A stretch of 31,007 nt of DNA. Source: a virus (Duplodnaviria > Caudoviricetes). Shown piece after piece: positions 8,885 to 17,855 of this stretch. How positions within the stretch are numbered: the first letter of the stretch is position 1; the number at the start of each line of letters is the position of its first letter. A program made the translations under genes and the position numbers. The notes below the pieces were generated by a model. The model saw only the letters and a list, made by a program, of their open reading frames with translations, searched no databases and was not told the origin of the DNA. The stretch covers positions 1 to 31,007 of the IMG/VR virus record IMGVR_UViG_3300049924_000472. The stretch is one strand, 5' to 3'.

Positions 8885-9600
8885 CGCCACGGCCGGTACG
8901 CCGGCTGGGCGTGGCGTCGGTAGCGGAAGATGGCGCTGGTGATATCGAGGCGCAGGTTCGCCCCGATCGCCGCGCTGGGGAAGAAAAACATCTGGAACGT
9001 CGTCATCGGCGTCAGGGCCTTGCGCTGGGCCGCCGTCATCGCCGCCGTGAAGTCGTACGTCGCCCACCGCAAACCTTCCTCGGTCGCGTCGGCCACGTCC
9101 GCCGGGGTCGCGCCGCCGCCCACGTTGACCGAGAGGTTGGCGGCGAGGGTCGACAGCGCCGTCGGGCCGTTGACCTCGGTGACGACACGCCCGGTGCTGT
9201 CCTGGGTCCATCCGGCGGGGTGCCATTGGGCGTTGGCGAGCAGGTTGAGCGTGGTGTTGGAAGTGGCCGCAAGGTCCACGAGCCGCCACCGCAGCAGCAT
9301 CTGCACCATGGGCCGCGTGCCTACCACGTCCGAGACGCTGTAGTGGAAGTCGCTGGGGAGCGTGTAGTCACAGCGGATGATGTCGGTGCCGTCGGCGGCG
9401 GCGTCCCACGAGATGCCACGCAGGTTGGTGGCCTGGGCCGCGCGGTACACGTTGCCCGCCGCGGTCGTGCCGAGCCCAGCGCCCGAGTCGAGCGTGAAGG
9501 CGGAGAGGGGAAGGACGACGTCCTGGAGGTATCCGCCCGAGTTGGCCGGCTCGCTCATCAGAACCTGTGTTTCGTGGGAAAGCGCTGATCCACCGCTCAT
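8872..9600 (-). CDS. Hypothetical virion structural protein (242 aa)
   Basis: AGGAG SD; Ala/Thr-rich, beta-type composition; inside the structural operon. Confidence 0.75.
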   Translation of the reverse strand: MSGGSALSHETQVLMSEPANSGGYLQDVVLPLSAFTLDSGAGLGTTAAGNVYRAAQATNLRGISWDAAADGTDIIRCDYTLPSDFHYSVSDVVGTRPMVQMLLRWRLVDLAATSNTTLNLLANAQWHPAGWTQDSTGRVVTEVNGPTALSTLAANLSVNVGGGATPADVADATEEGLRWATYDFTAAMTAAQRKALTPMTTFQMFFFPSAAIGANLRLDITSAIFRYRRHAQPAYRPWRQLA

Positions 9601-9610
9601 GGCAAGGCTC

Positions 9611-10426
9611 CTACAAGATGCGAACGCCGTCCAGGCTCACCGTGACGGCAGGGTTGGTCAAAACGGGCGTGTCGTCGCGCGTCTGCGCGTGGGCTTGGGA
9701 GAGGCGGTCCAGCTCGATGGCCTCTTGCAGCGACGCCATCGACTTGGCCCAGGCTCGCTCAAACTGCTTCTCGCTGCTGCGCTGCATAAGGGCGATCGCC
9801 CGGTCCACCACGGCCAGATCGATCTCCGAAGGCCACGGGCCACGCTCGGCGTCGTCCACCAAAGGGTGCATGCTCATGCGGCCCTTGAAGCGCACGATGT
9901 ACGCCTGGTCGGGGATGGGAAAGAACACGAGCTGCCGCTGCACACGCTTCCCGATGGGCCGGGAGACGTCGGTGACGGCGTCGATCGCGACGACCTGGGG
10001 CGCTCCCGTCAGCGTGGGCGAACGCTGCTGGAAGGAGTACACCTGGTCCGCCGTCGTCGCCTGGATGTTCGCGCCATACCCGTTGGGGATGCGAAAGGTG
10101 GGCGTCTTGACGAATCCAAAGACGTTTAGGGGCAGGGCGTAGCGGGTGCGGTCGCCCGCGATGGTCGAGGGTCCGGTGCCCACGGGGTCCATCGTGAGCG
10201 TGATGCTCGGCTCCAGCCAGCTCCAGCGGACGGTGCGTTTGGTGAGGGGCTCGACGGCCCGCGAGATTTCGGCGGCGGCGTCGTTGATGGCACGCCTGAC
10301 GCGGTCCCGCACGTTGGGGTCGGTGGAGATCGCGGCCACGCCGCCGGCGTAGCTGGCCTGCCCGATCGCCTCCGCAACGCGGATCTGGAGATCGGCAAAG
10401 GTCATGGAGCGATCGGTGTCGAGCAA
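9611..10426 (-). CDS. Head-tail adaptor/tail tubular protein A-like (start may be ATG 10405)
   Basis: MTFADLQIRVAEAIG..VRRAINDA..EI..W.W, Y.LP..V, LVFFPIPDQAYIV pattern typical of podovirus adaptors; follows capsid and decoration genes. Confidence 0.7.
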   Translation of the reverse strand: MLDTDRSMTFADLQIRVAEAIGQASYAGGVAAISTDPNVRDRVRRAINDAAAEISRAVEPLTKRTVRWSWLEPSITLTMDPVGTGPSTIAGDRTRYALPLNVFGFVKTPTFRIPNGYGANIQATTADQVYSFQQRSPTLTGAPQVVAIDAVTDVSRPIGKRVQRQLVFFPIPDQAYIVRFKGRMSMHPLVDDAERGPWPSEIDLAVVDRAIALMQRSSEKQFERAWAKSMASLQEAIELDRLSQAHAQTRDDTPVLTNPAVTVSLDGVRIL

Positions 10427-10475
10427 AGACCGGCGAGCGATGGGATCGGAGCCCGTTGGGTGTACCTTGGGTCCT

Positions 10476-10521
10476 GTTCGCCCGCCGGCGAACTTGGCAA
10501 GTGGGGCGGGGTTTCCCCCGC
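10476..10521 (-). terminator. Two GC-rich hairpins just after the decoration gene (pause, processing or terminator-like; no U-tract)
   Basis: Minus strand GCGGGG-GAAA-CCCCGC (10506-10521, GNRA loop) and GTTCGCC-GGCG-GGCGAAC (10476-10493). Confidence 0.5.
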
Positions 10522-10525
10522 GGGG

Positions 10526-11098
10526 TTAGAGAGCGCCGCCGTTGAACGAGCACGCGATGACGGCCGTCACCGCACCCTGCGTCACGTGCGCGGTCCCGAC
10601 GGGCTTGGCGGTCGCGCCGCCGACGATCGTCTCGTACTGCGTTACCGTGCCCGGGGTCCAGGGGACGGCGTGTGTGGTGTGGTTGGGGGTGGCCGTCGCC
10701 ACGGGCGAAATCTTGGTGACGCCGGCGGTGGTGGCCCCCGTGACCTTGACGCCCACGGATTCGCTCAGGGGGCGAACCTCGATGTAGCCGGCCCGGCGGC
10801 TGGTGGGTGCGGCGGTGTACGTCTTGCTCGTCTTCATGTCGGGGTCCAGGTCCACCCGCGTGACGACGTACAACGGCTCGTTGAACGTGGGCGTCATGAT
10901 GCCGACGCAGAAGGTGTCGGTTTTTCCTTCGTGGTTGAAGGGGTCGCGCTGGACGATGTCACCGGCCTTGATGGTGCCGGGCACGCCCGCGGCGGTGGTG
11001 TACTGGGTTCGGCTGGTGGCGGTGGCGTGAAGGTCGCAGCCCGTGAAGAACACGCGCTCGACGATCTGGGGGCCGTATCCGGGGGTCTGGGCAAGCAT
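10526..11098 (-). CDS. Putative capsid decoration/cement protein (190 aa)
   Basis: Directly after the major capsid gene; Thr/Ala/Val-rich; AAGGA SD. Confidence 0.55.
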   Translation of the reverse strand: MLAQTPGYGPQIVERVFFTGCDLHATATSRTQYTTAAGVPGTIKAGDIVQRDPFNHEGKTDTFCVGIMTPTFNEPLYVVTRVDLDPDMKTSKTYTAAPTSRRAGYIEVRPLSESVGVKVTGATTAGVTKISPVATATPNHTTHAVPWTPGTVTQYETIVGGATAKPVGTAHVTQGAVTAVIACSFNGGAL

Positions 11099-11115
11099 GG
11101 GTCAAGTCCTTCGAA

Positions 11116-11145
11116 GGGGTGGGCGGGATCAATCCCGCCCATCCC
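11116..11145 (-). promoter_or_regulatory. Stem-loop between capsid and decoration genes
   Basis: Minus strand GGGATGGGCGGGA-TTGA-TCCCGCCCACCCC; no U-tract. Confidence 0.55.
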
Positions 11146-11169
11146 GTGGTGCGTGGGGTGGTGCGTGGG
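11146..11169. repeat. Perfect 12-bp tandem duplication
   Basis: gtggtgcgtggg twice, 15 nt past the capsid stop codon. Confidence 0.9.
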
Positions 11170-11184
11170 TTCAAGACGGTGGGC

Positions 11185-12276
11185 TTAGAACGCCCCGTTG
11201 ATGCGGAAGCCGCTGATCTGCCGGTTCATGTTCACGAAGGCCCAGCAGTAGTCCAGGGGCATGTACTTGACGTTGTGCGCGCCGGGCACGATGCCCTCGC
11301 CCTCGACCATCCACATGCCCTTGGCCTTGATGACCTTCACCAGGCTCTTGCGGATGCCGTAGATGCTGCGGGTGGTGTCGCTGCGGAGCTGGGTGACGCT
11401 GACGATGCGGGTGCCGTTCAGGGTGTACTTGCGGGCCGGGAAGAAGTCGCCGTTGCGGGCGTCGCTGCCGCGGTTGGTGATCGCGTCGTACTGCTGCTTG
11501 AACTCGGGGTCCATGAAGAGCACCAGCTCGTCCGCCGGCATGTCGCCCTTCAAATCGTCGATGGGGTCGAACTGGAGCTCGTCCATCGCCCGCTTGATGA
11601 GCAGGGCGAGGGACTCGTCCATGATGCCCGAGTGGCTGGCGTTCCACGAGCGGTGCCGCTCGTTGGCGATCGTGCCGGCGTCGATGTTGGCGTAGGTGGA
11701 GCTGACGCTGCCGTCGCCGTACACGATCGTCGCGCCGTTCCACCCGCCGACGGGTTCGGCGACGAAGTTACCTGACGTGTCGCACGTGGGCGGGAAGAGC
11801 TCCTGCAACCCCGACGGGGCGGTGTCGTCGCTGGCGTTGTCGCGCCGGCCGAAGACGATCGACTCGTTCTTGACGGCGATGTCCTCACGCGCGGCGGAGT
11901 ACGCCTCGTCCACGATGTTGTAGAGCTGCTCGGGGGTCGCCGAGTTGAAGGCCATCTCGATGCGGTCGAAGGCCATCGCCGTGTTGGTGAGGTTGACGTA
12001 GGCGGCCTTGGCCCGTTCGTTGTAGTAGTTCTTGGCGTAGCCGACGGCCCCGTACGCGCGCAGGGCCTGCGTGCTGCCGGTGGCGGAGCGCAGGCGCACC
12101 GTCCACCCGAACTCGCCCCCGATGGGGGCCTGGCTCTCGGCGTTGGCGATGAACTCGCGCTGGGCCACGAACCGATTGAGCTTCTGCGTTTCGCTGAAGC
12201 CCTTCTTGACCTTGGGGAGCGCGGCCTTGACCACGCCGGTCATCTGCGCGAGCGTGAGCCCGCTAAAGCTGGACAT
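11185..12276 (-). CDS. Major capsid protein (363 aa)
   Basis: Size; position after the scaffold; strong GAAGGAG SD; very biased codon use; HK97-type pattern (E..IVFG...PSGLQEL). Confidence 0.8.
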   Translation of the reverse strand: MSSFSGLTLAQMTGVVKAALPKVKKGFSETQKLNRFVAQREFIANAESQAPIGGEFGWTVRLRSATGSTQALRAYGAVGYAKNYYNERAKAAYVNLTNTAMAFDRIEMAFNSATPEQLYNIVDEAYSAAREDIAVKNESIVFGRRDNASDDTAPSGLQELFPPTCDTSGNFVAEPVGGWNGATIVYGDGSVSSTYANIDAGTIANERHRSWNASHSGIMDESLALLIKRAMDELQFDPIDDLKGDMPADELVLFMDPEFKQQYDAITNRGSDARNGDFFPARKYTLNGTRIVSVTQLRSDTTRSIYGIRKSLVKVIKAKGMWMVEGEGIVPGAHNVKYMPLDYCWAFVNMNRQISGFRINGAF

Positions 12277-12332
12277 GTCTGCTCCTTCACGTGAAAGAGT
12301 CAGGCTCGTCCGAGTTCACGTCGCGCGCGGGC

Positions 12333-13367
12333 TCACCCTCGGGAGAGCACGCTTGCGATCGCGTCGATTCCGGCCTGGCGGTTGTCCTCCGCCGAATCGG
12401 GCGTGCCAACGCTGGCCGCCGACGACGGAGAAAGAGTGCGTGCTTGGTGCCGCTTGGTGATCGAACTTTCGATCTCCTTGCGGGCTTGGGACTTGGTTTG
12501 AGTGGCGGCCTTGAAGTCGTTGGGGAAGAGCGCCCGGGCCGCGCCGTTCAGGGCGTCCTGGGGCGTCATCGCCGGCAGGGCGGGGTTGATCTTGCGGTCC
12601 TCGATGTTCTGGGCGAGGAGCTGCACGGCCTTCTCGTGGAAGAGCGTGCGGGCCTTCTGGTGCGTCGCGTCGGCGTTCTTCCCAAGGCCCAAGATACGCT
12701 TGGCCTCGTCGCTCTTGCTCGCGATGTGCTCGTCGATGTAGCCGTGGACCTGGCGGTTGTACTCTTGTAGCGCCGCTTGTCGCTGGCCCTCATGCTGCTG
12801 GCGCTGCTCGGCCACGAACTTCGTCACCTCTTCGAGCTGCTTGGCCTGCGTCTCGATGACGGTGAGGAGCGGGTCGATGTGGTTCTTGGCGGCCTCAGCG
12901 CCATACTCCTCGGCGAAGAAGGCCCGCGTCTTGGTCAGGTCGGCCGTGCTCGCTGGGGACGTGGTTGGCGGCGTGGCGGTGGCGTCGGGCTTCCCAGCCT
13001 GCGGCGCTGGGGCGCCGGGCGTGGCACCTTCCGCCGCGGGCGTGGCGGCGGGTGCTTTGGTTCCACCGATCTCGGCCTCCCACTTGGTCAGGAGCGCGGC
13101 GCGGTCGGCCTCCGCCGTCGGGGCGGCGTTCCCACCTCCCGTTGCAGCATCAGCAGCCACAGGCTCGGCGGCAGGCTCGGAATCCGAACCGTCGTTCGCC
13201 GGAACTTCGACCGCCGGATCACCCGACCCCTCTCCTGGACCTTGCGCCAGAACGTCGGCAATCGCCTCCGCCCCTTCGGCGGCCAGGTCGATGGTGGTTT
13301 CCTCGGTGCCATGGGTGGTTCCTGCGGTTGGTTCCTGCGTCAGGTTGGGCGTGGGCGTGTCGCTCAT
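12333..13367 (-). CDS. Scaffolding protein (344 aa)
   Basis: Acidic, Ala/Pro/Thr-rich disordered N-half, coiled-coil C-half; directly upstream of the capsid gene. Confidence 0.75.
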   Translation of the reverse strand: MSDTPTPNLTQEPTAGTTHGTEETTIDLAAEGAEAIADVLAQGPGEGSGDPAVEVPANDGSDSEPAAEPVAADAATGGGNAAPTAEADRAALLTKWEAEIGGTKAPAATPAAEGATPGAPAPQAGKPDATATPPTTSPASTADLTKTRAFFAEEYGAEAAKNHIDPLLTVIETQAKQLEEVTKFVAEQRQQHEGQRQAALQEYNRQVHGYIDEHIASKSDEAKRILGLGKNADATHQKARTLFHEKAVQLLAQNIEDRKINPALPAMTPQDALNGAARALFPNDFKAATQTKSQARKEIESSITKRHQARTLSPSSAASVGTPDSAEDNRQAGIDAIASVLSRG

Positions 13368-13371
13368 CGGC

Positions 13372-13411
13372 GTGTCTCGCGTCGGAATCCCCGGTCAACG
13401 CGAGAACACTA
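13372..13411 (-). promoter_or_regulatory. Candidate -10 box (TAGTGT) and 5' hairpin abutting the scaffold start codon
   Basis: Minus strand TAGTGTTCTCGCGT...ACGCGAGACAC-GCCG-ATG; inverted arms 13372-13382 and 13398-13409; TAKTGTTCTC shared with the portal upstream region. Confidence 0.45.
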
Positions 13412-13468
13412 CAAGGTGGGGTGTCGGAAGTAACTCCCCTCAAATGCGGCATTTTGCTCTTGTCTCTC

Positions 13469-13864
13469 TTACGACTCCGCCGCGAGGTCGGCGGTCGTCT
13501 TCATGCCGTTGCGGCGGCGCTTGGCGTCGGCCTTCTCCATGAGCTGGCGTTTCTTCCGCTCGTAGCGCTGCTGCTCGGCCCGGTCCTTGAAGAGCACGGT
13601 GCCGTCCTTCTGGATGCAGTCCCCGCCGTCCTTCCCGAAAAGCCGGCGGGCTTCTTCCACACTTTTGGGGTGGTACCCCTCCATCCAAGATTTCTGCCGC
13701 GTGCCGGTAAATCGCGTGTTGGTGTTGTGGACGGCCTTGCGGGCGTAGTCCTGCTCGGCCCGCGCCCCGCACTCGGGGCAGGTCAGGTCGTTGCATCGAC
13801 GCACGGGCGCGACCACCTCGCCGGCATGGTGGCAGGAGGTGCAACGGATGGGGTAGATGGGCAT
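13469..13864 (-). CDS. FmdB-family zinc-ribbon protein
   Basis: MPIYPIRCTSCHH...CPECG matches the MP.Y.Y.C..C...CP.CG FmdB-type signature. Confidence 0.75.
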   Translation of the reverse strand: MPIYPIRCTSCHHAGEVVAPVRRCNDLTCPECGARAEQDYARKAVHNTNTRFTGTRQKSWMEGYHPKSVEEARRLFGKDGGDCIQKDGTVLFKDRAEQQRYERKKRQLMEKADAKRRRNGMKTTADLAAES

Positions 13865-13903
13865 AAACGCCAAGGTGGGTCTCTCCCCCCACCCCGGCGT
13901 GTG

Positions 13904-14083
13904 TCAGGATTCGAGGATCGCTTTGGCCTTCTTGGCGACGGCGGCGCACGGGTCGGTGAGGAAGAATGCGAGGGCGCGTTTGAGTTTGGCGACCTCGGCC
14001 TCCAGCGCCTCCAATCTCGGTTCGGGAACGGTCGCAGTGTGGGTGGGCGGACTCGATACGGCGGGCTTTGTTTCGTCGCTCAT
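13904..14083 (-). CDS. Small coiled-coil hypothetical protein (59 aa)
   Basis: GGAG SD before ATG 14083; RLEALEAEVAKLKRAL heptads. Confidence 0.65.
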   Translation of the reverse strand: MSDETKPAVSSPPTHTATVPEPRLEALEAEVAKLKRALAFFLTDPCAAVAKKAKAILES

Positions 14084-14110
14084 GGCATCTCCATGCAAAC
14101 AGGGTGTGAA

Positions 14111-15919
14111 CTACACGCGAACGTTCGCGGAGTAGTCGGACGCTCGTTGGTCCTGGGGATCGATTGGGTTCTGGGTGGTCTGGGCGCTGCTCGCGCCCAA
14201 TGGCGGCGTGGGCTGTCCCGCCTGCTGGGCCATGATCTGGTCGGCCTGGATGGCCTGCGCGTTGGCCCAAATCTCGTCCAGCTCGGGCTTGTTGAAGGTG
14301 TCGCTGGCGATGCGGATCGCCGCGGCGGGGTCGCCGCCCGTCTGCACCACGCCGGCCACGATGCCGGGTATGGTTTTGAGCAGCTCCAGCGTGCGCACCT
14401 TCTCCATGTTGGGGTCGTTGGTGTCGATCTCCTCGATCTGGATTTCGTGCGTGAAGTCCGACCACAGCCCCTCGCGCATGTCGGGCGTCCAGTGCAGGTC
14501 GAGCGTGAGCCCGCCGGGCAAGCGCTCGCCAAAGGTCGCCTTCGTCACCTCGTCTCGATCGAGCATGTCCGACATGCGTCGGTAGACGTTGGCGAGGGCG
14601 GTGTTGCACTTCCCCTTGGCCGTGCGGAGCAGCACGTTGGCCCGCCCCGCCAAGATGCTCGCCTCGGTCGCCGAGTCCGCCGCGCTGGAGCTGCCCCCCG
14701 TCTGCTGCAGGCTGAGTCCTTCGTTCGCGGCCATCCCCAGCAGCACCTGGAACCCGGGCATCATCTTGTCCACCATGCCACCGCGAACAAACTCCTTGGC
14801 CAACTCGGGGTCGCCTTTGATGACCTTCTTCATCCGATCCAGCAGATCGTTGGCCAGCTCTTCGCCGCCCTCGGGCTTTACCACCAGCTTGCGATCGGTC
14901 TCCAGAATCTGATCGACGATCATCGTCCCCGCGTTGGCCGTCGCCTGGTGCAAATCCATCAGCCGCGCCGACGGGGCGATGGGCGAGGTCTGGTTGTTCA
15001 TGTCGCGCAGGGTCAGCAGCTCGTAGGGGCCGCGCTCGGGGCCTTCGTACTCGTGGGGCGGGATGATGAACTTCGCGCCCGCTTTCAGGTTGGCGACGAC
15101 GCACGTCAGCGTCCTGCTCCCATCCCACAGCACCAGGTGCCATGCCTCCACCAGGTCATTGAGGCGATCGGTAGAGCCACCCCGCCCCGTGTCGGGGGCC
15201 GTCCCGTCCTTGGCTTCCGCCGCGCTCCCCAGATCGTCCAGCGACAGGATCGCGTCGGCGTCGCCGATCCTGGTCTCCAGCGCCGTCGCCCGGTTGAAGC
15301 GGAAGCGGTGCCCAAAGAACTGGTCCTCCTCGGGGTCGCGCGAGTCGGGGTCGCGCGTGATGTCCCCCAAACTCACCCGCACACAGAAGAACTGGCCTGG
15401 GTCGCGCGCCTCGCCATCGACCATGTACAACTCTGACCCGGCGCGCAAACCCGTGAAGTAGACGCCCAGGCCGCCCAGGATCGTGTCCTGCACGATCCGC
15501 CCGTGCGTGCGATGCAGGTTGATCTTTTCCGCGTGCTGGTTGAGCATCTTTCCGCGAACGAGCGCCTGGCCGCGTGCTCCCAGCCGGCGGGGCTTGAGGC
15601 GAACCGTGTGCCCGCTCCCCACCAGGTTGGCGGAGTAGATTTCCACCATCTGCGAGATGAGGTTCACCGGGCGCTTGTCGTACCACGGGCGCTCGTTGGG
15701 AAGGTATGACTTGCGATACCACGGCCCGCCGAACTCGCGGCACGCCATCTCATAGAACTTGCGGTCGGCGTCCAGCTCGGTGAATCCGCGATCGGCCGCC
15801 TTGCTCACCCGCTCGGGGGTGAGTGGCCGCGCGGCGTAAGGGGCGGGCTGGGGCTGGTCCGGTGTCCCGCCCACGAGGGGAGCGACGGTCGAGGCGCTGG
15901 GCGTAGAGAGGGCGGACAC
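14111..15919 (-). CDS. Portal protein (602 aa)
   Basis: Directly after terL; podovirus portal features (VNLISQMVE, DTILGGLGV, SATEASIL, Gln-rich tail); GGGAG SD plus GTG. Confidence 0.85.
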   Translation of the reverse strand: MSALSTPSASTVAPLVGGTPDQPQPAPYAARPLTPERVSKAADRGFTELDADRKFYEMACREFGGPWYRKSYLPNERPWYDKRPVNLISQMVEIYSANLVGSGHTVRLKPRRLGARGQALVRGKMLNQHAEKINLHRTHGRIVQDTILGGLGVYFTGLRAGSELYMVDGEARDPGQFFCVRVSLGDITRDPDSRDPEEDQFFGHRFRFNRATALETRIGDADAILSLDDLGSAAEAKDGTAPDTGRGGSTDRLNDLVEAWHLVLWDGSRTLTCVVANLKAGAKFIIPPHEYEGPERGPYELLTLRDMNNQTSPIAPSARLMDLHQATANAGTMIVDQILETDRKLVVKPEGGEELANDLLDRMKKVIKGDPELAKEFVRGGMVDKMMPGFQVLLGMAANEGLSLQQTGGSSSAADSATEASILAGRANVLLRTAKGKCNTALANVYRRMSDMLDRDEVTKATFGERLPGGLTLDLHWTPDMREGLWSDFTHEIQIEEIDTNDPNMEKVRTLELLKTIPGIVAGVVQTGGDPAAAIRIASDTFNKPELDEIWANAQAIQADQIMAQQAGQPTPPLGASSAQTTQNPIDPQDQRASDYSANVRV

Positions 15920-15938
15920 GTCGATGCTCCCGCGCCGA

Positions 15939-15965
15939 CGGGCGTCCGATCCCGAGAGAACAATA
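15939..15965 (-). promoter_or_regulatory. Repeated late-promoter/operator-like motif, portal copy
   Basis: Minus strand TATTGT-N5-CGGGATCGGACGCCCG; same layout as 20078-20103. Confidence 0.6.
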
Positions 15966-17531
15966 TCACCATCCGATGGCCGGGCGCTTGGCCGCCATCA
16001 GCTTGTTGTACCGATCCTGCACCGATCCGGGCTTGGGGCCGGTGTTCACCTTGACCGCCACGTCCGCCGTCTGCATGGTGAGGTGGAGAATCGCGTCGGC
16101 GATGACGCGGTCCCCGTGGGGGACGCGGGCCAGCTCCTCGATGGGGTCGTTGGCCCGCTGGTCGTTCACGAGCCGGCCGAACTTGTCAATACGGAACATG
16201 CGGCACTCGTCCAGCGCCTTCTCGCTGGGGTTGATGATCCGGTCGGAGTAGAGCGCCGTGCGGTAGTGGCCCAAGAGCTCGTGCTTGGCCCGCTCGCTCG
16301 ACCGCCACCCGTAATGGAGCTCGCTGGTGGAGTGGTTGGCGTCGGCGCGTGCCCCACCGATCTTGGTCCGCCACAGGTTCGGGTATTGCAGCCGGACCAT
16401 CTCCTGATAGAAGAGCTCGCCGGTGGAGCCGTTCACCTCGAAGTTCACGATCGGGATGCCGGACCCGCCGAACCACAAGGCCGCGGCGATCGCCAGCCGG
16501 GCCGCCTCGTCGGGCGTGATGCGGGAAGAGACAAACTCCGCGATCTTGCGGCGGGAGCCGACGTCGCCCACGCTGATGACGGTGTTGGAGCTTCCCACGC
16601 CCGCCCCCAGGTCCGCCGCGATCGCGTACTTGCGATCCTGCGCCGGGCGTCCATTCGTCGTCTCCACCCACATCCGCCACGGCCCGTGCTTGTCGTCATC
16701 GGTTCGGGTGACGGCGTCCAGCTTGCGCTGGGTGAGGTAGTAGTCCCGCTTGCTGACGTTGTCCTCATGCACCGCGATCGAGCAGCGGAAGAAGGGGGCG
16801 TGCCCGTGGCGTTCGCGGTGGGCCTCGATCTCGCGGGCCGAGAAGAACGCGGAGCTCACGTCGGCGGGCTTGCCCTCGTACTCCTGCTCAAACTCCCACT
16901 CTTCCAGCTCCAGCCGCGCCGCCTCGATCTCGTCGGGGTCGATGTAGGGGTTGTCGATCGTCCGCGCGTTGAAGGCCCGCCACGATTCCTCGTCGTAGCC
17001 CTTGGTGTGCTCCATCGCCCCATCGAAGAGCGTGTTGAAGTCCGGGCACACGACCCGCGGCGTCCCCAGGAAGAGCGCCCCGCCCTTGCGATCCACCAGC
17101 GTGGGGCGGATCGCCTGCCGCCAGAGCTTCAAGAGGTTCACCACCATGCCCGCCTCGTCCACGATGGCGAGGTCATAGTCGCGCGATCGTCCGGGGTCGT
17201 CGGTATCGAGCGACCACCCCTCGATGAGGCCCCCGCCGTACAGCTCGATGCGTTTTTCCTGCTGGCTGATCCGCTTGGCGGCGGGCCGCACGATCTGGAG
17301 CAGCTCGTCCCAGGCGTCGATGAAGATTTTGTACGTAGGCGAGAACCATCCCACCTTCTTGGGCGTGCCCCTCAGCGTCGCCACCCGGGCCGCCTCGTGC
17401 TCGCCCAGGATGGTTTTCCCGAAGCGCCGGCCGCATCGGACGACGTTGAACCTACTTGCCTCGCGCAGTATTTTCCACTGGCCGGCGTGGGGCGTAGGTA
17501 GGCAAATCCTTTTGCTTGCGTTCGAGGCCAC
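15966..17531 (-). CDS. terL: Terminase large subunit
   Basis: Adenine-binding H..Q, Walker A CGRRFGKT, Walker B AIVDEA, coupling motif LGTP, RNase H-like nuclease motifs AADLGAG and HGDRVIA. Confidence 0.95.
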   Translation of the reverse strand: MASNASKRICLPTPHAGQWKILREASRFNVVRCGRRFGKTILGEHEAARVATLRGTPKKVGWFSPTYKIFIDAWDELLQIVRPAAKRISQQEKRIELYGGGLIEGWSLDTDDPGRSRDYDLAIVDEAGMVVNLLKLWRQAIRPTLVDRKGGALFLGTPRVVCPDFNTLFDGAMEHTKGYDEESWRAFNARTIDNPYIDPDEIEAARLELEEWEFEQEYEGKPADVSSAFFSAREIEAHRERHGHAPFFRCSIAVHEDNVSKRDYYLTQRKLDAVTRTDDDKHGPWRMWVETTNGRPAQDRKYAIAADLGAGVGSSNTVISVGDVGSRRKIAEFVSSRITPDEAARLAIAAALWFGGSGIPIVNFEVNGSTGELFYQEMVRLQYPNLWRTKIGGARADANHSTSELHYGWRSSERAKHELLGHYRTALYSDRIINPSEKALDECRMFRIDKFGRLVNDQRANDPIEELARVPHGDRVIADAILHLTMQTADVAVKVNTGPKPGSVQDRYNKLMAAKRPAIGW

Positions 17532-17853
17532 CCCCGTACTCTACGGTGACGGTGATCTGATCGGGTTCCTCCTCGTCCGTCACGTGCATATCGACGGCGT
17601 CGGTCACTTGCAACACCAGCTTCGCCGCATTGAGCTGCACCGACGACGGTGAGCCGTCCATGTTCGTGGCCACCAGGCATCGGCGCAGGGCCGCGAGCGC
17701 CTCGTCGCGCAGGCTTTGGTTGTTCTCCTCGCCGTCATGGAGGAGCACGTCGCGCAGCGCCATCTTGGCGAAGTTGGGCGGCCTCCCGGGCTTCTTTTTG
17801 ACGCCCCGGGAGGCCGTGTTTCCCTTCTTGAACTTGGTCTCGCGCGTCGCCAT
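17452..17853 (-). CDS. terS: Terminase small subunit (133 aa)
   Basis: MATRETKFKKGN...GRP N-terminal motif common in terS/DUF5681-like proteins; overlaps the terL start. Confidence 0.7.
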   Translation of the reverse strand: MATRETKFKKGNTASRGVKKKPGRPPNFAKMALRDVLLHDGEENNQSLRDEALAALRRCLVATNMDGSPSSVQLNAAKLVLQVTDAVDMHVTDEEEPDQITVTVEYGGGLERKQKDLPTYAPRRPVENTARGK

Positions 17854-17855
17854 GT

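Noticed and set aside
11171-11200. Programmed frameshift or readthrough extending the major capsid protein
   Set aside because: No slippery sequence before the TAA, and the next gene has its own SD.
12286-12321. TTCACGTGAA palindrome and ACGTGAA/TTCACGT arms before the capsid SD
   Set aside because: Short, single occurrence and weak pairing; too little to call.
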